A stretch of DNA of 62,924 nucleotides, counting the filler. It is 12 parts of 12 records of this genome, joined end to end, with 100 filler letters (N's around TTAATTAATTAA, not from the genome) between each part and the next. Parts side by side here need not be neighbours in the genome. Positions count along the whole stretch, not along the records: positions 55,410 to 62,924 come from SRR15195285_26; 11 more parts are not named here. One strand, 5' to 3'. Below the pieces are notes generated by a model, which saw nothing but the letters and a program-made list of their open reading frames with translations, ran no database searches and had not been told where the DNA came from. This document shows, in pieces, positions 59,301-62,924 of this stretch. Both the position numbers and the translations under genes were made by a program. Position 1 is the stretch's first letter. Each line of letters opens with the position of its first letter.

Positions 59301-61233
59301 CTGTCATCATCAAAAAGCAGGTGGAAAACGCCATTAGGAAGCTCTGGAACGTCGGCCGTGGAACGAGGCCAGGGTCGCCAGTGCCTTCGTCAAGGAACGA
59401 GTCCAAATCGTCAAACTGCGACATGTCTCCCATCATGTGCATGCCGAACAGTGCGAACACGAACAGGCAGTAGACGATGAAGACACACAGGTTGATCACA
59501 GCAACCCAGGAACCCAGGACTACACTGAGCAGCTCGCGAACCATCTCAATCTTGCCGAGCAGCCGCATAACCCGCAGAATTCGAGACAGGCGGAACACCT
59601 TGATCAGCGCGAGGCCCTCGCCTTCGATTTCCAGCACGAAGGCCACCAGTGCAACGGTGCAGGTGGCATTCACCAAGGTGTCTACCTTGTTGAACCCGAT
59701 CTTCCAGTATCGCCCGAATCCGAGCCCGCAAATTTTGATGACCATTTCGATATCGAAAAGCAGCGTGAATCCTACGTCCACCCACTCGAGGGTGCTTGCG
59801 GTAGCGGGGTCGTTCCAGTGAAGTGAAGGAGTGTTCAGGCTGAGAGTGATCACGTTTAGGCCAATCAGGAACGTGGACACGCCGTCGAAAATCGGTTTCT
59901 CCGTCAGCCTCTCCAAGGCGTCTGACTGGTACGGAGGAGCGGTCCAACTCCTCGGGCGCGGAACGATCCACTCTCCACTGCCGTCGTCGACATCCTCCTC
60001 CTCCTTCTCCCCCTCCCCCCCATCCTCGTCATCCGATTCAACGAATGCACTGTGGTGAGATTCTGCACGAACCTCGTCGAACGCTCCGCAAATCACAGCT
60101 ACAAAAATGTTCATCGCCGTCATTGTCAGGAGAACCTGAATCGACACGAAGAAGGGGTACGCTATAGAGCTGGTATTCGTTGGCGACCACTTGTACACCC
60201 AAGTGATATCCTGCCAGTTGTCGCCGGTCGTGGCGATGAACAGCGACAGGAATGACGCGAGGACATTGTCGTAACCAGCCATTCCTCCGCGAGAATTGTG
60301 CCCCACGATCATGCAAACGTTGCCGGCATCTATGTCGCAGTCGATCGATCCAGGACACGTGACCACGTCGCAGGCTTTGCCGCCCCAAATGAACGCATTG
60401 TTTTTCTCAGGGCACGGCGCGAGCTCGCCAGTTGCCAGACAACCGTCGGTCCCGTTCACGGTCAGCCTGCCATCCGAGCAGCACTCGCAGGCCTGCGCTT
60501 CGGCCGCCGTGACGCACTGGGTGCGCAGGCCTCCGCCGAACAGGGCCATTCCCACGATAGCGTAGATCGAGAAGAAAAAGAAGAACATGAGGCAGATGTT
60601 CCCCATGCCCTCGGCCGCACGCCCGAGCGACGCCAGGATCGCGCGGATCCCCGACAGGAACCGGAAGGCGTGCATGATCCGCAGCACGCGCAGGGCGCGG
60701 AGCATGGACGTCTTCGAGATGATGCCGCTGTAGGCGAACACGATCTCCATCATGTAGGTGCCCCACGCCGTCGTGACCACAAACAGGTCCAGCTTGTTCC
60801 AGTTGCTGGACCAGTACGACTCGTACGTGACCGCCGGGTTCTGAGTGCCGAGGCTATCCAACCCGTCCTGCCAAAAGCCAAAACCCATGATCCGGATGCA
60901 GCACTCGCTCGTGTAGAACAGGGTGAACACAAAGTCCACGACACCTAGCATGTCCTTCGTGTCCTGCGACGTTGGGTTATTCGGGTGGAAGATCAGCATC
61001 AGAATCGTGTTGGCCGCGATGACGCCCACGACGACGCCCTCAGAGAGAGGGTTGCCGATCAAGCCGCGCAGCATGCCGTGGGAGCTCTCGGGTGCCCACA
61101 GGTGGTTGGCGGGCACGAGCGTCACGGATTGCCCAGGCTCCGCCTCGTCCGAGGCGCCCGGTGCCGTGGCACCGCCCGCGTTGGCGTCCGCCATCGGGTT
61201 GATGACGAAGGCCTTGTCATTCGTGCGCGCCAT
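56326..61233 (-). CDS. Four-domain voltage-gated Ca2+/Na+-type channel alpha subunit (1635 aa, intronless)
   Basis: Four 6-TM repeats with WNK.DF/L motifs. S4 segments RALRVLR, KVFRLSRILRVMR, RLFRLLRPLRLLNR and KCLRCGR. Pore loops TGDNW, TGDRW, TCAGW and SGEDF. S6 LNLFVAV-type motifs. Confidence 0.93.
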   Translation of the reverse strand: MARTNDKAFVINPMADANAGGATAPGASDEAEPGQSVTLVPANHLWAPESSHGMLRGLIGNPLSEGVVVGVIAANTILMLIFHPNNPTSQDTKDMLGVVDFVFTLFYTSECCIRIMGFGFWQDGLDSLGTQNPAVTYESYWSSNWNKLDLFVVTTAWGTYMMEIVFAYSGIISKTSMLRALRVLRIMHAFRFLSGIRAILASLGRAAEGMGNICLMFFFFFSIYAIVGMALFGGGLRTQCVTAAEAQACECCSDGRLTVNGTDGCLATGELAPCPEKNNAFIWGGKACDVVTCPGSIDCDIDAGNVCMIVGHNSRGGMAGYDNVLASFLSLFIATTGDNWQDITWVYKWSPTNTSSIAYPFFVSIQVLLTMTAMNIFVAVICGAFDEVRAESHHSAFVESDDEDGGEGEKEEEDVDDGSGEWIVPRPRSWTAPPYQSDALERLTEKPIFDGVSTFLIGLNVITLSLNTPSLHWNDPATASTLEWVDVGFTLLFDIEMVIKICGLGFGRYWKIGFNKVDTLVNATCTVALVAFVLEIEGEGLALIKVFRLSRILRVMRLLGKIEMVRELLSVVLGSWVAVINLCVFIVYCLFVFALFGMHMMGDMSQFDDLDSFLDEGTGDPGLVPRPTFQSFLMAFSTCFLMMTGDRWKVTMYTYMQTYGSGACVFFIGLWTLCNCVLLNLFVAVVVENFSLGEDEMIKKQKQKYKKQNTEEEVSNGFRRVAVNYLGMKDMLEKIDEDVGPRGKAFFCFAPDNPVRKCCAAVSKAAPFEYFIMFLIIANSCMIAYEGPPGTIPRETMEIFEGIDLLLLVIFWGEFLMKSIDMGFLLTQEAYMASHWNKMDFIIIFTALLAHIFSGSPAMAEAAQIFRLFRLLRPLRLLNRIEGMRHIIEALVASAGGLLGVGLLGAVFYVMFAILGVNLFGGKFNKCDNVEVYGRYDCVGSYTYEAECPGVHSYPNDGQKCVYMGEPRWRIAYSGGQGDWGFSFDDIGSALQTLFLVGTCAGWSECLYLAMDTIGIDIQPQRNANPYAAVYFIIFLFICSFALVNLFVGVLIYLFGVSSGTSLQTEAQQKWALMKSVVKSVDKIGVEEVAAPSQEGGIRMKAFELIKKPWFDQIITGTILFNVIVMSANYFPEPDGWSTTLEVLNYLCLAVFTLEMAAKVIGLGPLGYITDHWNKIDCFVVLSSYFFMLMAAIGHGSPMLGQIAKCLRCGRIVLLVKRAKGLQQIFQLFFISIPAACNVLMLLMLVFFIYACLGMYLFGHLKTIPGFDTMPDGRGVRAFCPDNERGLLGEADNIQCGFGNYDNRGNFKSFGSAVMLLFQVASGEDFLFIVPELRLSPPYCVAAGSIDPTMDVGDWLIHQDWADRQLESVLKTDKYQTIGDYFAAGLSTEEFAALGAPSEWQEEIRKELLVAEHGNCGSSYAFPFIASFYLLASWLLLNMVIGVIMENHENIKNAEKLQLTNEDVQAFMDEWTFQTQTGTGEAVGRMPTSRMRPFLSALPDDFVDQPFGAKEYAEVLHVLEAQYSMTYEEQQLGYTVKQLLKVLMIIKAGGHLALSIEEQIESEKQAQADMNAKLLIGTIRSWAKVQQNPDLKETARVALTFRMTSLAKRKIQYDTGDEDEPEVKNEGGSAAEPAS

Positions 61234-61738
61234 CTCGGGGGCGCGGCAGTCTCGCAGCGGCGCTCGAACCCCGCCGGCCGATCACTCCATCGCTGGCGGG
61301 CACGTCTGGAGCGCTCCCCCGCTTCTCTGTTCGGTGTCCTGCGCCGCAGCGCCCCGGCAGCCGAGCCCGCGGCTCGCTCGCTCTCTCGCCAGCGGCCTGG
61401 GCGCCCAGCGGTGCCCCCCAGCAGCGCCCCCAGATCACCGCATCCCCAGCCCACCTACCTCCCCCGAGGGGGCGCTGACGTCCGCTCTAACACGCCCCAA
61501 CGCCTCCAACTCCTCCACCGCAGAACGGCCGAGAAGGTGCCGCGCTCGCCCTTCGCCCTTCCCCAGCGCCCCTCCCTCCCCCCCGCTCCCCAAACCCCTC
61601 CACCCCGCTCCCCCCCAGCTCAACCTCCACCGTCCACCCCCGTTTTCCCTGCGCACCGCCCCGCAGGTAACGGTCAAAACCGCCCTTCAAAACCGGCCTT
61701 CGCCATCATCAGCCCCGGGGCCCACAGCGCCGCCGCCA

Positions 61739-61771
61739 GCCAATTCAGCCAATCGGCCAATCGGCCAATCG
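61739..61771. promoter_or_regulatory. Tandem CCAAT boxes (GCCAATCG x3 plus GCCAATT) in the divergent promoter region
   Basis: Read directly from the sequence, about 510 nt upstream of the channel ATG, next to GGCCACGTC. Confidence 0.45.
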
Positions 61772-61785
61772 ATCGGCCACGTCGA

Positions 61786-61893
61786 CTTGACGCCCATAAC
61801 AATTTCCCATACTGATGATTTGGCTTGACGCCCATACGAAGTTCCCATACTAATTTGGCTTGACGCCCGTACCAAGTTCCCATACTAATTGGG
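61786..61893. repeat. Three tandem ~35-bp units (CTTGACGCCCATACGAAGTTCCCATACTAATTTGG consensus)
   Basis: Units at 61786-61823, 61824-61858 and 61859-61893, with no intervening spacers. Confidence 0.85.
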
Positions 61894-62355
61894 CCTTGCC
61901 CGACCTTTACTGACAATCTCGTAGTCATTGGCGTGGTTTTGCGCTTGGAATGGATGTATGGATGAGTGGGGAAATGTGAGCTTGCCTGTTTTTGCCGACG
62001 TGTCCGCAATTTCCATTGGTCTGTTGGTTTTGTCTCAAGGAGCACGAACGTTCGCCAGATGGGATTTTTTGAGAAAAAAATTTCAGTCAGAACAACTCGG
62101 TGGAAATCGCCTACCGTAGTCAAGAAAGCTCCGCGAATTCCTGATTGGATCTGGTCAAGAGGATCCTCGCCGAGTCCACCTCAAAATCTGTGCGCACACC
62201 AACTGAGATTCTGGAGGATTTCCAAACTCGGACTCTCTCGCACTGTGAGTTCTCTATTTTGTAATATTCCCAGACGTACATTCCCAGGGGTAGGAGTACG
62301 GGTTTTCCGAGCCGTTCATCAATGGCACAGCGAGCGGGTCACCGTCGCGCGCGGC

Positions 62356-62411
62356 CAAGCCAAATCATTCATGAATGAGAAATTGTATGGGAAATTCGTA
62401 TGGGCGTCAGG
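62356..62411 (-). repeat. Inverted copy of the 61786 repeat unit
   Basis: Reverse complement reads CTGACGCCCATACGAATTTCCCATAC-AATTTCTCATTCA-TGAATGATTTGGCTTG. Confidence 0.8.
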
Positions 62412-62698
62412 GGCAAAGAACCGAGGTGGCACCGGCTCCGGGGCGTGGAGCCACAGAGAGCGCGCAGATTCCGCTACGGCTCTCTGGATTTACGGGAGAG
62501 TGGTCCGCGCAGATCCAACCCGAACAAATCACTATTGGACATATACACGAAAGCTTTTACACAGTCATAACATATTACGAGGTAATTCAAATCTGGAATA
62601 TTCTGACGATCTGAGAATCTCTGCGGTCACTGGAGGAAAACGCAGCAGTCAGCCCTGATCCTTGCCGCTCGCGTTTAGCATCCCTTAACCGTTACACG

Positions 62699-62806
62699 AT
62701 GGCCGGAAATGCCGAGCGCACCTACCTGATGATCAAGCCGGACGGCGTCCAGCGCGGACTCGCGGGCAAGATCATCGCGCGCTTCGAGGAGCGTGGCTAC
62801 AAGCTC
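62699..62806 (+). CDS. NDK: Nucleoside diphosphate kinase, first exon (rest is outside the window)
   Basis: [36 protein letters not shown] followed by a GTGAGT donor. Confidence 0.93.
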
Positions 62807-62924
62807 GTGAGTGCTGCCTGCAGAAGCCCAACCACCAAGCCGCTTGTCCACGTGCGCGCGCACGAGCGGCGTCCGCCGTGGGCGACGATGCGGTGCCGCT
62901 GCCGCCGCCGCTGCCGCCGCCGCC

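Noticed and set aside
1151-61233. Apparent calcium-signalling cluster (MLO-EF, ABC-EF, EF-hand protein, STRA6-like, Ca/Na channel)
   Set aside because: Each gene is on a different contig, so there is no evidence of physical linkage.
61786-61893. CRISPR array
   Set aside because: Units abut without unique spacers, there are no cas genes, and the context is eukaryotic.
1-62924. tRNA, rRNA or snRNA genes and transposase/RT ORFs
   Set aside because: None recognisable by eye; tRNAscan-SE and Infernal would be needed to exclude small RNAs.

Overview
This window is eukaryotic, not prokaryotic. It consists of 12 short contigs (about 3-10 kb) joined by eleven artificial 100-nt linkers (44 N + TTAATTAATTAA + 44 N), so adjacency across a linker has no biological meaning. 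The source is a gene-dense, GC-rich flagellated protist (IFT81 present, short GT-AG introns, standard genetic code), probably a SAG or MAG; a Picozoa-like origin is only an unverified impression. I built about 24 gene models by hand: MLO-like with EF-hands, GH18-like, an intronless 2OG-Fe(II) dioxygenase/GNAT fusion, ABCB half-transporter with EF-hands, IFT81, a CobW/COG0523 GTPase spliced to a WW domain, an RCC1-EGF membrane protein, a ~2,700-aa Ig-like/STRA6-like membrane protein, GT61, MsrA, an SRCR-like protein, an SDT1-like HAD nucleotidase, a PH-PH-SAM class I PI3K-like N-terminus, glucosidase II beta-like, FKBP, a four-domain voltage-gated channel and NDK exon 1. Strongest leads: (1) an apparently circularly permuted 2OG-Fe(II) jelly-roll fused to a GNAT; (2) a giant STRA6-like receptor with bacterial-type Ig repeats; (3) a 4x6TM channel with an atypical D/D/A/E filter; (4) one Tudor-like/sushi-like cassette shared by two adjacent ER-folding genes; (5) a CobW-WW fusion visible only after splicing. 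All domain calls come from motif recognition by eye; no database search was run.
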